DNA of 64,000 nt from Jatrophihabitantaceae bacterium (GCA_036558905.1 DATBER010000148.1:1162-65161), one strand, 5' to 3'. Counted from the stretch's first letter, positions 1-10,129 are shown. Numbers and translations: made by a program. The notes: a model not told the origin generated them from the sequence alone.

Positions 1-1
1 G

Positions 2-835
2 ATCGACGCCGGACTGGTCGGCCGCACCAGCGCCGCCGGTGATCGCTACGCCCCGGTGTCGCCCGAGGCCGGGCTCAAGGTGCTGACCGCCCGGCGCGAA
101 TCCGAGATCAACGCGGCCATGGTGGCCACCCTCAACGCGTACACCGACTTCCGCCGCTCGCGGCTGTCGCCGGCCACCGATCACCTGGTCGAGGTGGTGA
201 CCGGCCCGGCGATGCTCGAACGCGTCGAGCAGGCTGAGCGCAACATCCACCACGAGGTGCGCCGTCTCGACTCGCCGCCCTACTACATGACCGGCACGAG
301 CAACGACACCGAACTCGAGCACCTGAGCCAGGGCATCCGCTACCGCGTCGTGTACTCGCAGTCGTCGCTGGAGCAGGAGGGCTATCTCGACGGCAACGTG
401 CTGCCGTGCATGAAGGCCGGCGAACAGGCACGGGTGTTGCACGACGTGCCGGTCAAGCTGAGCATCATCGACGACACGATGGCCATGGTGTCGCTGCCGA
501 TCGGCGAGGCGGCGATCAATCGCAGCCTGCTCATCGTGCAACCGAGCAGCCTGTTCTCGGCGCTGGTCGGCCTGTTCGAATTGGCCTGGCGCGCGGCCCT
601 GCCGATCATGCCGTCGGGCGATGCCGGCAGCCGACTCGAACCGATCGAGCAACGGCTGCTGGCCCTGCTGTCGGCCGGGGTTGCCGACGAGACGATCATC
701 CGCACCCTGCGCATCAGCCGGCGCACGTTCTTCCGCTACCTCGAGCGGCTGCAAGCCCGCGCCGGCGTCAACAGCCGGTTCCAACTCGGGGTGCAGGCCG
801 TGCGCAACGGTTGGCTGGCCGATCAACCGGACTAG
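2..835 (+). CDS. LuxR-type helix-turn-helix transcriptional regulator, 5' end probably outside the window
   Basis: ORF track 56..835. The frame stays open back to nt 2 ([18 protein letters not shown]...), so the true start is likely upstream. C-terminal HTH-like segment [48 protein letters not shown]. Confidence 0.6.
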   Translation: MDAGLVGRTSAAGDRYAPVSPEAGLKVLTARRESEINAAMVATLNAYTDFRRSRLSPATDHLVEVVTGPAMLERVEQAERNIHHEVRRLDSPPYYMTGTSNDTELEHLSQGIRYRVVYSQSSLEQEGYLDGNVLPCMKAGEQARVLHDVPVKLSIIDDTMAMVSLPIGEAAINRSLLIVQPSSLFSALVGLFELAWRAALPIMPSGDAGSRLEPIEQRLLALLSAGVADETIIRTLRISRRTFFRYLERLQARAGVNSRFQLGVQAVRNGWLADQPD

Positions 836-846
836 TCTGTCCTGCC

Positions 847-1425
847 ATGCTGCTCAGCGACCGCGACATCCTTGCGGAAGTCGACGCGCGAAGGCTCGTC
901 GTCGAGCCGTGGGACGCCGACCTGGTCCAGCCGTCGAGCGTCGACGTGCGCCTGGACCGCTACTTCCGGGTCTTCAACAACTCGCAGTACACGCACATCG
1001 ACCCGGCTCAGCAACAGGACGATCTGACCGCGCTGGTCGAGCCGAAGGGCGACGATCCGTTCGTGCTGCATCCGGGCGAGTTCGTGCTCGGCTCGACGTT
1101 GGAGATCGTCACGTTGCCCGACGACCTGGCCGGGCGCCTGGAGGGCAAGTCGAGCCTGGGGCGGCTCGGCCTGCTGACCCATTCGACGGCGGGCTTCATC
1201 GATCCGGGGTTCACCGGCCACATCACCCTGGAGCTGTCGAACGTGGCCAACCTGCCGATCACGCTCTGGCCGGGCATGAAGATCGGGCAGCTGTGCCTGT
1301 TCCGGCTGTCGAGCCCGGCGCTGCATCCGTACGGGTCGTCGCAGGCCGGCTCGCGGTACCAGGGTCAGCGGGGCCCGACGCCGAGCCGCTCGCACCTGAA
1401 CTTCCGGCGCTGGCCGACGTCGTAA
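847..1425 (+). CDS. dcd: dCTP deaminase
   Basis: ATG 847 inside the ORF-track 406..1425 frame, 192 aa. [10 protein letters not shown]-terminus and the [17 protein letters not shown] and [12 protein letters not shown] motifs are typical of Dcd. Confidence 0.9.
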   Translation: MLLSDRDILAEVDARRLVVEPWDADLVQPSSVDVRLDRYFRVFNNSQYTHIDPAQQQDDLTALVEPKGDDPFVLHPGEFVLGSTLEIVTLPDDLAGRLEGKSSLGRLGLLTHSTAGFIDPGFTGHITLELSNVANLPITLWPGMKIGQLCLFRLSSPALHPYGSSQAGSRYQGQRGPTPSRSHLNFRRWPTS

Positions 1426-1999
1426 CCGCGAACCGCGGGATGAAGTAGTGGGCCAACGGCCCGATGGCCAGCGCGTACAGCACGGTGCCGACCCCGACGT
1501 TGCCGCCGAGCAGCCAGCCGGCTGCGAGCACGGTCAACTCGATGCCGGTGCGGGCCACCCGGATGGACCAGCCGCGGGCCGCCAGTCCGGTCATCAGCCC
1601 GTCGCGCGGCCCCGGACCGAGACCGGCGCCGATGTACAGGCCGGTCGCGAGTCCGTTGGCCACGATGCCGCCGCCCAGGAACACGGCCCGCAGCCACATC
1701 GCCTGCGGCGTGGGAAGTACGTCCAGCGCCGCGTCGACGGCCAGGCCCACGACGATCACGTTGCTGACCGTCCCGACGCCGGGCCGTTGCCGCAGCGGGA
1801 TCCACAGCAGCAGCACGATCGCGCCGACCGCGATGACGACCCAGCCGAACTCCAGCCCGCTGCGCCGGGCTATGCCCTGATGCAGAACATCCCACGAGTC
1901 GAGGCCGAGCCGAGCCCGGATCATCAGTGCCATGCTGACGCCGAACAGGACGAGGCCGGCATAGAGGTTCATCAATCGACGCGGCAACTTGCTTGACAT
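1259..1999 (-). CDS. YczE/YitT-like integral membrane protein
   Basis: ORF track 1259..2026. Multi-TM protein ([40 protein letters not shown]). ATG 1999 (MSSKL) is favoured over ATG 2026 from promoter geometry. The last 167 nt overlap dcd on the other strand and encode a low-complexity tail. Confidence 0.6.
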   Translation of the reverse strand: MSSKLPRRLMNLYAGLVLFGVSMALMIRARLGLDSWDVLHQGIARRSGLEFGWVVIAVGAIVLLLWIPLRQRPGVGTVSNVIVVGLAVDAALDVLPTPQAMWLRAVFLGGGIVANGLATGLYIGAGLGPGPRDGLMTGLAARGWSIRVARTGIELTVLAAGWLLGGNVGVGTVLYALAIGPLAHYFIPRFAVTTSASAGSSGASGSASGPADPGTASRPATTRTDAAPGSTAGTGTAARSSCPARA

Positions 2000-2037
2000 G
2001 TCATGCACTGTAACGACAGATTGCATGACATGTCAAG
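1992..2037. promoter_or_regulatory. Putative MarR operator: perfect 16-bp inverted repeat, 14-bp spacer
   Basis: CTTGACATGTCATGCA (1992-2007) and its exact reverse complement TGCATGACATGTCAAG (2022-2037). Each arm contains the 10-bp palindrome TGACATGTCA. It lies between the divergent membrane-protein and marR genes. Confidence 0.6.
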
Positions 2038-2056
2038 TAACTGCTAGCGTGGAGCC

Positions 2057-2533
2057 ATGACGCGCTGGCTGAACAAGGAAGAGATGCGAGCGTGGCTCGG
2101 ATACCGGCGGATGTTCCTGCTGCTCAACGCCCAGGTGAATCGCGACCTCGCCCGCGACTCAGGGCTCTCCGAGCCGGACTACGACGTCCTGTCCAACCTG
2201 GCCGACGCCCCCGACCAGCGCGACCGGCTGAGCGAGCTGGCCGCCCGCATGTTGTGGTCGCAGAGCCGGCTGTCGCACCACATCAGCCGCATGGAGCAGC
2301 GCGGACTGGTCAGTCGCGAGGAGTGCGAGACCGACGCGCGTGGCTCGGTCGTCGTGCTCACCGAGCAGGGCCGGCGCACCCTCGAGAAGGCGGCTCCGCA
2401 ACATGTGGAGTCGGTACGCAAGCACATCATCGACCTGCTGTCGCCGGGGCAGATCAAGGCGCTGGGTGACATCGCCGAGACAGTGGTCGGCCACCTCGGG
2501 GAGTCATACGACGTGCAGCGCGGTCGTGGGTGA
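2057..2533 (+). CDS. MarR family transcriptional regulator
   Basis: 158 aa with a winged-helix MarR-like core: DYDVLSNLADAPDQRDRLSELAARMLWSQSRLSHHISRMEQRGLVSRE. Confidence 0.85.
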   Translation: MTRWLNKEEMRAWLGYRRMFLLLNAQVNRDLARDSGLSEPDYDVLSNLADAPDQRDRLSELAARMLWSQSRLSHHISRMEQRGLVSREECETDARGSVVVLTEQGRRTLEKAAPQHVESVRKHIIDLLSPGQIKALGDIAETVVGHLGESYDVQRGRG

Positions 2534-3697
2534 CACGCGGGCGGCCCGCTCGGCCGGGTAGAGGCCGGCGACCGTTCCGACGAGCAGACAGGCCAGCAGC
2601 GATCCGCCGAGCGCGCCGACCGGGACGGTGGTGGTCCAGCCCCGCAGCTGCGCATAGCCGAGGGTGATGCCCGCCCCGGCGGCCACGCCGGCAAGGCCGC
2701 CCAGCCCGGTCAGCAGCAGTGCCTCGGTCAGGAACTGCAACCGCACGTGCCGGCGCTTGGCGCCGATCGCGCGGCGCAGCCCGATCTCGCTTCGTCGCTC
2801 CAGCACGCTTATGACCATGACGTTGGCGATACCGACGCCGCCGACGAGCAGCGCGACCGCACCGAGCCCGAGGAACAGGTTGGTGAAGGTCGCCTTGGCG
2901 GTCGCCCGGGCGACCAGGGCGTCGGACGGGCGAGACACCTGCACCTGCTCGGGGTGGGCCGGGTCGGCGGTGCCGGCCAGCACGGCACGCACCCGATTGA
3001 CGGCGGCGTCGGTAGAGCGCTCGTACACAGCGGTGCGCGTCTGTTGATAGCCGAGGTACCGGACCGCGGCCGGCTCGCCGACGAGCGCAGCGGCGTCGAG
3101 TTCCGGCGCGAGCGTGACCGGGCCGAGGATGCCGATCACTGTCCAGTACCGCCCGGCCAGCCAGATCTGGGGACTGCTCTGCAGGCCGGCGATGCCGAGG
3201 CGCTGCGCGGCCGTGGCTCCGAGAACGACCGTCGGGAAGTTGCTGCTCGCCGCGGAGTGCCAGGCCCCCGAGCGGATCGGTGCGTCGACGACACCGGGCA
3301 GGTCCAGCCCGGTTGCCTCGACCGTGATGCCGTTGGTGTCCTCGGCCGGGACGTGGGGGTTGGCGTAAACCGCGACGTCGACCGCGCCCGTCCAGCCGAG
3401 CCGGTGAACCCCGTCGATCGCACCGACCATCGTCGGAGCCGCCGGGGGGAGCACGGCCGCGGCGCCGGTCAGCGTCTGCCCGGGCGTCACGGTCAGCAGG
3501 TTCGTACCGAGGGCGTCGATCTGGGCCAACAGCGCTGCCTGGCTGGACGCCGAGATCCCGAGTACTGCCACGACGGCGGCGATGCCGATTGCGATGCCCG
3601 TCGCCGAGAGGGCGGCCCGGAGCGGCCGGCCGCGCAGGCCCAGCAGACCGAGACGCAAGATGTCGGCGGCGAGCAGTCGCGACCGCTCCAGGCTCAT
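2504..3697 (-). CDS. ABC transporter permease, MacB/FtsX type
   Basis: ATG 3697 ([17 protein letters not shown]) inside ORF-track 2504..4495. N-terminal TM, long extracytoplasmic domain, C-terminal FtsX-like bundle ([30 protein letters not shown]). The start overlaps the upstream stop (ATGA). Confidence 0.85.
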   Translation of the reverse strand: MSLERSRLLAADILRLGLLGLRGRPLRAALSATGIAIGIAAVVAVLGISASSQAALLAQIDALGTNLLTVTPGQTLTGAAAVLPPAAPTMVGAIDGVHRLGWTGAVDVAVYANPHVPAEDTNGITVEATGLDLPGVVDAPIRSGAWHSAASSNFPTVVLGATAAQRLGIAGLQSSPQIWLAGRYWTVIGILGPVTLAPELDAAALVGEPAAVRYLGYQQTRTAVYERSTDAAVNRVRAVLAGTADPAHPEQVQVSRPSDALVARATAKATFTNLFLGLGAVALLVGGVGIANVMVISVLERRSEIGLRRAIGAKRRHVRLQFLTEALLLTGLGGLAGVAAGAGITLGYAQLRGWTTTVPVGALGGSLLACLLVGTVAGLYPAERAARVSPTTALHVV

Positions 3698-4371
3698 CGG
3701 AGCCCCCACGCGGTATCGGACACGACGACGCCGTCGCGCATCTCGACCTGTCGCGGCAACCGGGCCGCGATCTCCCGGTCGTGGGTGATCACGACGATCG
3801 TGGCGCTCGCGGCGTTCAGCTCGGTCAAGATCGCGATGATCGACTGCCCGGACGCCGTGTCGAGGTTGCCGGTCGGCTCGTCGGCCAGCAGTACCGCCGG
3901 ACGACCCACCACGGCGCGGGCCAGCGCGACCCGCTGGCGCTCGCCACCGGACAGCTCGCTCGGACGGTGGTTGCCCCGGTGGGCCAGCCCGACCCGTTCG
4001 AGCGCCGCCGCCGCGGCCGCCCGACGCGCGCGGCGGGGCAACCCCCGGTAGAGCAGCCCGTTGGCGACGTTGTCCAGGGCCGACTGGGTCGGGCTGAGGA
4101 AGAACTGCTGGAACACGAACCCGATGTGGCCGGCCCGCAGCGCGGACAGCTCGTTGTCGGTCATCTCTGCGGTATCGACGCCGACCACGAACGTGGCCCC
4201 GGCGGTGGGCCGGTCCAGGGTGCCCGCGAGTTGCAGCAACGTGGATTTGCCCGAGCCGGACGGCCCGACGACGGCGACGAATTCGCCGGCGTCGATGCGC
4301 AGGTCCACACCGTGCAGCACCTCCAGGTCGCCGTAGCTCTTCCGGACGGCCCGCAACTCGAGCACGGTCAC
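3694..4371 (-). CDS. ABC transporter ATP-binding protein, MacB/LolD type
   Basis: GTG 4371 in the ORF-track 3694..4995 frame. Walker [10 protein letters not shown], signature [14 protein letters not shown], Walker [16 protein letters not shown] overlap with the upstream gene. Confidence 0.9.
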   Translation of the reverse strand: MTVLELRAVRKSYGDLEVLHGVDLRIDAGEFVAVVGPSGSGKSTLLQLAGTLDRPTAGATFVVGVDTAEMTDNELSALRAGHIGFVFQQFFLSPTQSALDNVANGLLYRGLPRRARRAAAAAALERVGLAHRGNHRPSELSGGERQRVALARAVVGRPAVLLADEPTGNLDTASGQSIIAILTELNAASATIVVITHDREIAARLPRQVEMRDGVVVSDTAWGLR

Positions 4372-5438
4372 AGTCGGGGCACCTGCACCTTCGTTCCGGC
4401 GGTGATTCCCGCCCCGGACACCTGCACCCGGTCGGTCGCGAACAGCCCGGTGGTGACCGGCACCGGATGGGCCGTGCCGTCGGCGCCCACCGCATAGACG
4501 ACGTAGCCGCCGCCGGATGCCACGTGCAACGCCTCGACGGGCACCGACAGCACGTCGTGGGCCTGCTGCGACACGATCTGCACCGTCACCGGGGCCTCGT
4601 CCAGGCCGCCCAGCGACGCGACGTCGCCGGTCAGCCGGATGTCGACCGGAATCGTCTCGGTGCCACCCGAATCCCCACCCGATCGTGGTTGAGCCGCCGT
4701 AGCCACCGCCCCCACCCGGGACACGACGCCGACGAGTGACCGGCCGGACGGCAACTCCACGGCCACGTGCTGGCCGGTTCGCACGTACGCCTGGTAGTCG
4801 GTGGACAGGTCCAGATGCACGTTGCGCACCGTGCTCGTCGCCGTCAAGACATCCTGGCCGGCACCGCTCGCCCGGCCGACGGTGCTGCGGGTGGCCGTCA
4901 CCCGGATCGCCGCCGGCGCGACCACCGCATCGCCCGCCGCGACCGCCCCTGTCTCGGGTACGTCGAGGGCGTGCTGCCACTGGCGAACCGCCCATGCCGT
5001 CGTGTCGGTGTAGTCGTCGTCCACGGTCAGGTAGTCGTCGTAGCCGAGGGCAACCAGGTTGGCCTCGAGCTCATGCACGTCCGCCCCGGTCGCCCCGACC
5101 GACAACGGCCGATACAGCGGCAGGTTGCCGTAGAACAACGGGATCGGCCGCTGATCGACCGCGTACACCTGCTGCCCCCGGGTGCGGACGTCACCGGCCT
5201 GCGGCAGCGCGGTCACCACGCCCGGCCGATAGCCGATCAGGTCGTAGCTGTCGGCGAACCCCAGGCTGCCGTCGACCGGCGCGGTCACGGTCAGGTCGCC
5301 TCGAACGACGGCCGCCACGGGCAGGTTCGGTCGGTCGGCCGTCGGAGCGGAGCCGTCGCGGTCGCGCGCTATCGACCACCCGGCCCCCACGGCGGCGACC
5401 AGCAAGGCCGCACCCGCTGCGTACCACCTGCGCCGCAT
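4368..5438 (-). CDS. Membrane-anchored periplasmic adaptor (HlyD/MFP-like) with an inserted peptidoglycan-binding domain
   Basis: ATG 5438 ([21 protein letters not shown] = N-terminal TM) in the ORF-track 4368..5786 frame. PG_binding_1-like segment [21 protein letters not shown]...[15 protein letters not shown] sits between beta-rich adaptor segments. Confidence 0.7.
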   Translation of the reverse strand: MRRRWYAAGAALLVAAVGAGWSIARDRDGSAPTADRPNLPVAAVVRGDLTVTAPVDGSLGFADSYDLIGYRPGVVTALPQAGDVRTRGQQVYAVDQRPIPLFYGNLPLYRPLSVGATGADVHELEANLVALGYDDYLTVDDDYTDTTAWAVRQWQHALDVPETGAVAAGDAVVAPAAIRVTATRSTVGRASGAGQDVLTATSTVRNVHLDLSTDYQAYVRTGQHVAVELPSGRSLVGVVSRVGAVATAAQPRSGGDSGGTETIPVDIRLTGDVASLGGLDEAPVTVQIVSQQAHDVLSVPVEALHVASGGGYVVYAVGADGTAHPVPVTTGLFATDRVQVSGAGITAGTKVQVPRL

Positions 5439-5443
5439 GCTGC

Positions 5444-5935
5444 TCACTTCCCGGGCAGCGGCAGGGCGCGGCCGTGGCCGCACGCCTGCTCGGCCGCCGC
5501 GAAACGCGGGTCCGACTGGGCGTTGTTCGGCAGCTCGATGCGGAATCCACCGTTGCCGTTGGGCTGCGGATCGGGCATGTCGATGCCGTGCTGACGCATG
5601 CAGTGGGCCAGTTGCACGAGATCCGTCATCGAGAGCTTGCTGCTGCCGGCGCCGCCGGAGGGGCGTAACGACCGGCACGCCGCCATCGCCGTCCGGATCT
5701 TCTGCGGCGTGACACCGTTGCCGCCCTGCACCTGGATGGCGCCCGATCCGGAGTCGGGGACGTCGACGCCGTGCGCTCGCATGCACCGCGCCCAGGCGAC
5801 GGTGCTGGCCGACGTGACGGACGAGCTCGACGGGGCGGCCCGCGGGTGGCTCCTACCGCAGGCCGCGACGGTGCCGAACAGGGCGAGCGCAATGGCGACG
5901 CCGACGAGTCGATGCATGCCGGACAGCCTGATCAC
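5444..5935 (-). CDS. Secreted lipoprotein with an internally duplicated Cys-containing motif
   Basis: ORF track 5444..5935 (GTG); alternative ATG at 5917. Signal peptide with lipobox (LFGTVAAC). Two copies of C-M-R-x-H-G-[VI]-D-[VM]-P-D. Ends 5 nt before the adaptor gene start. Confidence 0.5.
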   Translation of the reverse strand: MIRLSGMHRLVGVAIALALFGTVAACGRSHPRAAPSSSSVTSASTVAWARCMRAHGVDVPDSGSGAIQVQGGNGVTPQKIRTAMAACRSLRPSGGAGSSKLSMTDLVQLAHCMRQHGIDMPDPQPNGNGGFRIELPNNAQSDPRFAAAEQACGHGRALPLPGK

Positions 5936-6004
5936 GTGCCGATAACCAGGCCGTCAACGCCGGCGTTTACCCGGCAGTTAGGCGGCACCGTGTGTACTGG
6001 TGGC

Positions 6005-6664
6005 GTGCGAGTGCTGGTGGTGGAGGACGAACGGGTGCTCGCCGACACGATCGCGCACGGGCTGCGCCGCGAGCACATGAGCGTGGACGTCAGCTACGAC
6101 GGCGACCAGGCCCTGGAGCTGGCGGCGGTCACCCGCTACGACGTGGTCGTCCTGGACCGCGACCTGCCCAAGGTGCACGGTGACGAGGTGTGCCGGCAGC
6201 TGATCAGCACCGGCGACGGCACCACCCGCATCCTGATGCTCACCGCCGCGGCGCGGATCGCCCAACGCGTCGAGGGGTTACGGCTCGGTGCCGACGACTA
6301 CCTGGCCAAGCCGTTCGCGTTCGCCGAGCTGGCCGCCCGCGTGCACGCGCTGGGCCGCCGCGCGGCACCGGCCCGCCCGCCGGTGCTCGAGCGGGGCGGC
6401 GTCCGGCTCGACCGGGCGCAGCGGCTGGTCATGCGAGGCGACCGGGTCATCCACCTCTCGCCCAAGGAATTCCAGGTCCTGGCCGTGCTGCTGCACGCCG
6501 ACGGCGCCGTCGTCTCGGCCGAGGAGCTGCTCGAACGGGCCTGGGACAGCAACGCCGATCCGTTCAGCAACAGCATGCGGGTGATCATCATGCGACTTCG
6601 GCAGAAACTCGGTTCCCCGTCGGTCATCGACACCGTGGTCGGCGCGGGGTACCGGATCGGATGA
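6005..6664 (+). CDS. OmpR/PhoB-family response regulator
   Basis: GTG 6005 in the ORF-track 5771..6664 frame. Receiver domain (VLVVEDE, DVVVLDRDLPKVHGDEV, LMLTA) plus winged helix (LSPKEFQVLAVLL, GAGYRI). Confidence 0.9.
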   Translation: MRVLVVEDERVLADTIAHGLRREHMSVDVSYDGDQALELAAVTRYDVVVLDRDLPKVHGDEVCRQLISTGDGTTRILMLTAAARIAQRVEGLRLGADDYLAKPFAFAELAARVHALGRRAAPARPPVLERGGVRLDRAQRLVMRGDRVIHLSPKEFQVLAVLLHADGAVVSAEELLERAWDSNADPFSNSMRVIIMRLRQKLGSPSVIDTVVGAGYRIG

Positions 6665-7839
6665 GGTTCCTGACCGCGCGCGTGCGCCTGACCGTCCTGT
6701 TCGGGCTGCTCTTCCTGGTGGCCGGCGGCGCGCTGCTCACCATCGACTACCTGCTCGTGCACCAACGCCTGGCCGGGCACCGCACCGGGCCGACGACCGT
6801 GTACGTCTTCCCGACCGAGAGCAAGAAGGCCGCGCTGGCCAACGGCGACGTCGCCAAGAACGCGCTCATCGACACCAAGGACCTCCGCCTGCCGAACGGG
6901 CAGACGCTCGCCGAGTACCAGCAGAGCGTCAAGCGGGAGGCGGCCCGGGTTGCTGAGCGGCAGCTCTTGGAACAGTCGGGCATCGCGCTGGGCGTCGCGC
7001 TCGTTCTCGTGGCCGGGCTCGGCTACCTGATGGCCGGCCGGGTGCTGCGTCCGGTGCACGCCGTGTCGGCCGCGGCGCGGCGCATCCGGGCCAATGCCCT
7101 GCACGAGCGGATCCCGGTGAGCGGTCCACCGGACGAGATGCGCGAGCTGGCCGAGACCGTCAACGACATGCTGGTCCGCCTGGACGCGTCGTTCGCCGCG
7201 CAGCGCGACTTCATCGCGAACGCCAGCCACGAGTTGCGCACCCCGATCACGACGCAGCGCGCGCTCGTCGAGGTGGCCGCGTCCGAGCCACGACCGGGCC
7301 CGGCCCTGCTGGCCGCGACGCCGACGATGCTGGCCAGCCTCGACCAGCAGGAGCAACTGGTCGACGGGCTGATCACCCTGGCCCAGGCCGACCACGCCAG
7401 CGGACCGCGCGTGCCGGTGCCGGTCCACGAGATCGCCCGGGACGTGCTCGACAACGCCGCGGCCGAGGCCGAGTCCCGGGCGATCGGCGTCGACGCGCAG
7501 CTGCGACCGGTCGTGGTATCAGGCGACCCGATCCTGCTCGAGATCATGATCACCAACCTGGTGCGCAACGCCATCCGGCACAACGTCGACGGCGGCGCGC
7601 TGACCCTGCGCCTCGCGGACGACCGGCTCACCGTCAGCAACGACGGGGCCGTCTACGAGACGGAGCGCGTCGCCGAGCTGGTCGAGCCGTTCCGCCGGGG
7701 CGAGGTCGACCGGGTCACCAGCGAAGGCAGCGGATTGGGGCTGGCCATCGTTGCGTCCGTGGCCCGGGCGCACCAGGCCGACCTGACGCTGCAGGCCCGC
7801 CCCGGGGGCGGTCTGGCCGTGCAGGTGCGCTTCGGCTGA
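6661..7839 (+). CDS. Sensor histidine kinase
   Basis: ATG 6661 overlaps the regulator stop (ATGA). Two TM segments, HAMP-like linker, H-box ASHELRTPIT, ATPase G-box GSGLGLAIV. Confidence 0.9.
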   Translation: MRFLTARVRLTVLFGLLFLVAGGALLTIDYLLVHQRLAGHRTGPTTVYVFPTESKKAALANGDVAKNALIDTKDLRLPNGQTLAEYQQSVKREAARVAERQLLEQSGIALGVALVLVAGLGYLMAGRVLRPVHAVSAAARRIRANALHERIPVSGPPDEMRELAETVNDMLVRLDASFAAQRDFIANASHELRTPITTQRALVEVAASEPRPGPALLAATPTMLASLDQQEQLVDGLITLAQADHASGPRVPVPVHEIARDVLDNAAAEAESRAIGVDAQLRPVVVSGDPILLEIMITNLVRNAIRHNVDGGALTLRLADDRLTVSNDGAVYETERVAELVEPFRRGEVDRVTSEGSGLGLAIVASVARAHQADLTLQARPGGGLAVQVRFG

Positions 7840-8562
7840 CTACCGGCGCACCCGGATCCGCTGCCAGAGGTCGGCCACGTCCTGATCCCCGGCTACCTCG
7901 ACGCCGGCCGGGCGATTCCACAGCCAGAGGTACAGGTCGGACGCGCTGCCACTGACGGTCGCGTCGGCGCGGTCGGCTCCGGGGTTGGCGCGGACGCCGT
8001 CCGGGGCCAGCGTGACGGTCAGCCCTTCGGCGTCGTCCGGACGCAGGGCCAGTGTGCGTGGCGCGTCGACGTGGCGGAACGAACGCCGAAGGGTGGCGAA
8101 GTCGTTGACCACCTCGTCGATGCCGTCGGCGGCGAACTCGACCGGGAACGGTGTGATCGCCCCGGCCGCCGACTCGACGTCGGCCCGGTGGATCGCCGTC
8201 TCGTGCGCCTGGCGGCGGGCCCAGAAGGCGCGCGGCGACGCGGCGGGCAGGAGTGTGTAGCACTGCAGGTCCGGGTCGGCCGATCGCAGCGTGTCGACCA
8301 GAGCGGCGTGCCCTTCGCGGAACCACTCGACCGGATCGCGCGATCCGGGCTGGTCCAGATCCTGCCCGGGCGGCGTCGGGTCGTGGTCGAGCCGGTCGCG
8401 CACGATCGAGGCGGCCCAGCGGTGCACGCCGCCGGTGTGCGTCACCACGTCGCGGACCGTCCACCCCGGACACGGCGGTATGTCGGCGTCCAGGTCGGTG
8501 GTCGCGTCAGCCAGGCGGCGGCCGTCCCGTTCGAGCTGAGCCAGGTGCCCGGCGATCTCCAT
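7840..8562 (-). CDS. Mycothiol-dependent maleylpyruvate isomerase family (DinB-like, TIGR03083-type) protein
   Basis: ATG 8562 (MEIAGHLAQLERDGRRL) in the ORF-track 7840..8769 frame. CPGWTVRDVVTHTGG and HETAIHRADV motifs. Its stop abuts the kinase stop. Confidence 0.75.
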   Translation of the reverse strand: MEIAGHLAQLERDGRRLADATTDLDADIPPCPGWTVRDVVTHTGGVHRWAASIVRDRLDHDPTPPGQDLDQPGSRDPVEWFREGHAALVDTLRSADPDLQCYTLLPAASPRAFWARRQAHETAIHRADVESAAGAITPFPVEFAADGIDEVVNDFATLRRSFRHVDAPRTLALRPDDAEGLTVTLAPDGVRANPGADRADATVSGSASDLYLWLWNRPAGVEVAGDQDVADLWQRIRVRR

Positions 8563-8719
8563 GGCTGAATTCTGCCGACCGGTTTCGCGGTGGACAATTC
8601 GACGCCGGGGCGCGCCCACCTCAGCACCTGACCGTGCCGCGATGGGACTGGGTGGTCGGCGCCAAACCGGTTCGCGCATCTCGGCCCTCCGGGGCAACGA
8701 GAACGAGGAGGCACCAGTC

Positions 8720-8962
8720 GTGACCTTGCCCGAGCCCGGCGAGACGGTCAGCTTCGCCGCCCACATCAAGCCGCTCTTCCGCCCGCTGGACCGTCAGTCG
8801 ATGAGCTTCGCCCTCGACCTGTGGAAGTACGCCGACGTCAGCCAGCACGCCGACGCGATCCTCGAACGGCTGGACGACGGGACCATGCCGTGCGACGGGC
8901 CGTGGTCGGACGAGCAGGTCGAGACGTTCCGCACCTGGGTCGAGTCGGGCAAGGCCGAGTGA
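8720..8962 (+). CDS. Small conserved hypothetical protein (80 aa)
   Basis: GTG 8720 preceded by GAGGAG 9-10 nt upstream, in the ORF-track 8561..8962 frame. Sequence: FAAHIKPLFRPLDRQSM...MPCDGPWSDEQVETFRTWVESG. Confidence 0.45.
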   Translation: MTLPEPGETVSFAAHIKPLFRPLDRQSMSFALDLWKYADVSQHADAILERLDDGTMPCDGPWSDEQVETFRTWVESGKAE

Positions 8963-8990
8963 CCGATCCGGCCGGGCCGGCGGTGCTCGA

Positions 8991-10079
8991 TCAGACCAGC
9001 TTGTGCATCCAGCCGTGCGGATCCGGCGCGTGGCCGGTCTGCAGGTCGAGCAGCGCCTTGCGCAGCTGCGTGCTGATCGGACCGGGTCGGCCGTCGCCGA
9101 CCGTCCACTCACCGTCGGCGCTGCGCACCTCGCCGATCGGCGTGATGACCGCGGCGGTGCCACAGCCGAACACTTCGGTTATGCCACCGGAGGCCGTCTC
9201 GGCCCGCCACTCGTCGATGGAGATCCGGCCCTCCTCGACCGAGTAGCCGAGATCCTTGGCCATGGTGAGGAGCGTGTCGCGGACGACGCCGGGCAGCAGC
9301 GTGCCGGTCAGGGCCGGCGTCATGATGCGCGCCGACGACCCCGAGCCGTACACGAAGTACATGTTGTTGGTGCCCATCTCCTCGACCCAGCGGTGCTCGA
9401 CGGCGTCGAGCCACACCACCTGGTCGCAGCCCTTCTGGGCAGCCTGGGCCTGGGCGACGAGCGAGGCCGCGTAGTTGCCGCCGGTCTTGGCCTCGCCGGT
9501 ACCGCCGGGCGCGGCGCGCGTGTACTCGGTCGACAGCCACACCTTGACCGGCGCCACGCCGCCCGGGAAGTAGTTGCCGGCCGGCGAGGCGATGAGCAGG
9601 TAGGTGGCTGTGTTGGACGGGCGCACGCCCAGACCCACCTCAGTGGCGAACATGAACGGCCGCAGGTACAGCGACTCCTCGTCCTGGGTGGGCACCCAGT
9701 CCTGGTCGATCTCGACCAATGCGCGCAGCGACTCGAGGAACAGCTCGGTCGGCAACTCGGGCATACCCATGCGACGGGCCGAACGCTGGAATCGTTCGGC
9801 GTTGGCGTCGGGGCGGAACGACGCGATCGACCCGTCGGCCTGGCGGTAGGCCTTGAGGCCCTCGAAGACCTCCTGGCCGTAATGCAGTACGACCGTCGCC
9901 GGGTCGAGGCTGAGCGGACCGTAGGGCAGTACCGCGCCCTCGCTCCAGCCGTCCGCTGCGGTCCAGTCGATGCGGACCAGGTGATCGGTCATGTACTTGC
10001 CGAACCCCGGCTCGACGAGCATCTCCGCGCGCTGCTCCGCACTGACCGGATCGGGGTTGCGCTGCACCGTGAACGCCAT
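8991..10079 (-). CDS. ilvE: Branched-chain amino acid aminotransferase
   Basis: 362 aa. Class IV aminotransferase look ([40 protein letters not shown]). Confidence 0.9.
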   Translation of the reverse strand: MAFTVQRNPDPVSAEQRAEMLVEPGFGKYMTDHLVRIDWTAADGWSEGAVLPYGPLSLDPATVVLHYGQEVFEGLKAYRQADGSIASFRPDANAERFQRSARRMGMPELPTELFLESLRALVEIDQDWVPTQDEESLYLRPFMFATEVGLGVRPSNTATYLLIASPAGNYFPGGVAPVKVWLSTEYTRAAPGGTGEAKTGGNYAASLVAQAQAAQKGCDQVVWLDAVEHRWVEEMGTNNMYFVYGSGSSARIMTPALTGTLLPGVVRDTLLTMAKDLGYSVEEGRISIDEWRAETASGGITEVFGCGTAAVITPIGEVRSADGEWTVGDGRPGPISTQLRKALLDLQTGHAPDPHGWMHKLV

Positions 10080-10129
10080 AGTTGGTCATCCTAGTAATCG
10101 CGCCGAAGGACGGCACCGGCCATTTCGGG

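Noticed and set aside
3698-4495. N-terminal 266 codons of ORF-track 2504..4495, which would make a 663-aa permease
   Set aside because: This part overlaps the ABC ATPase gene in another frame and is Arg/Pro/Gly-rich. The permease begins at ATG 3697 with the classic ATGA coupling.
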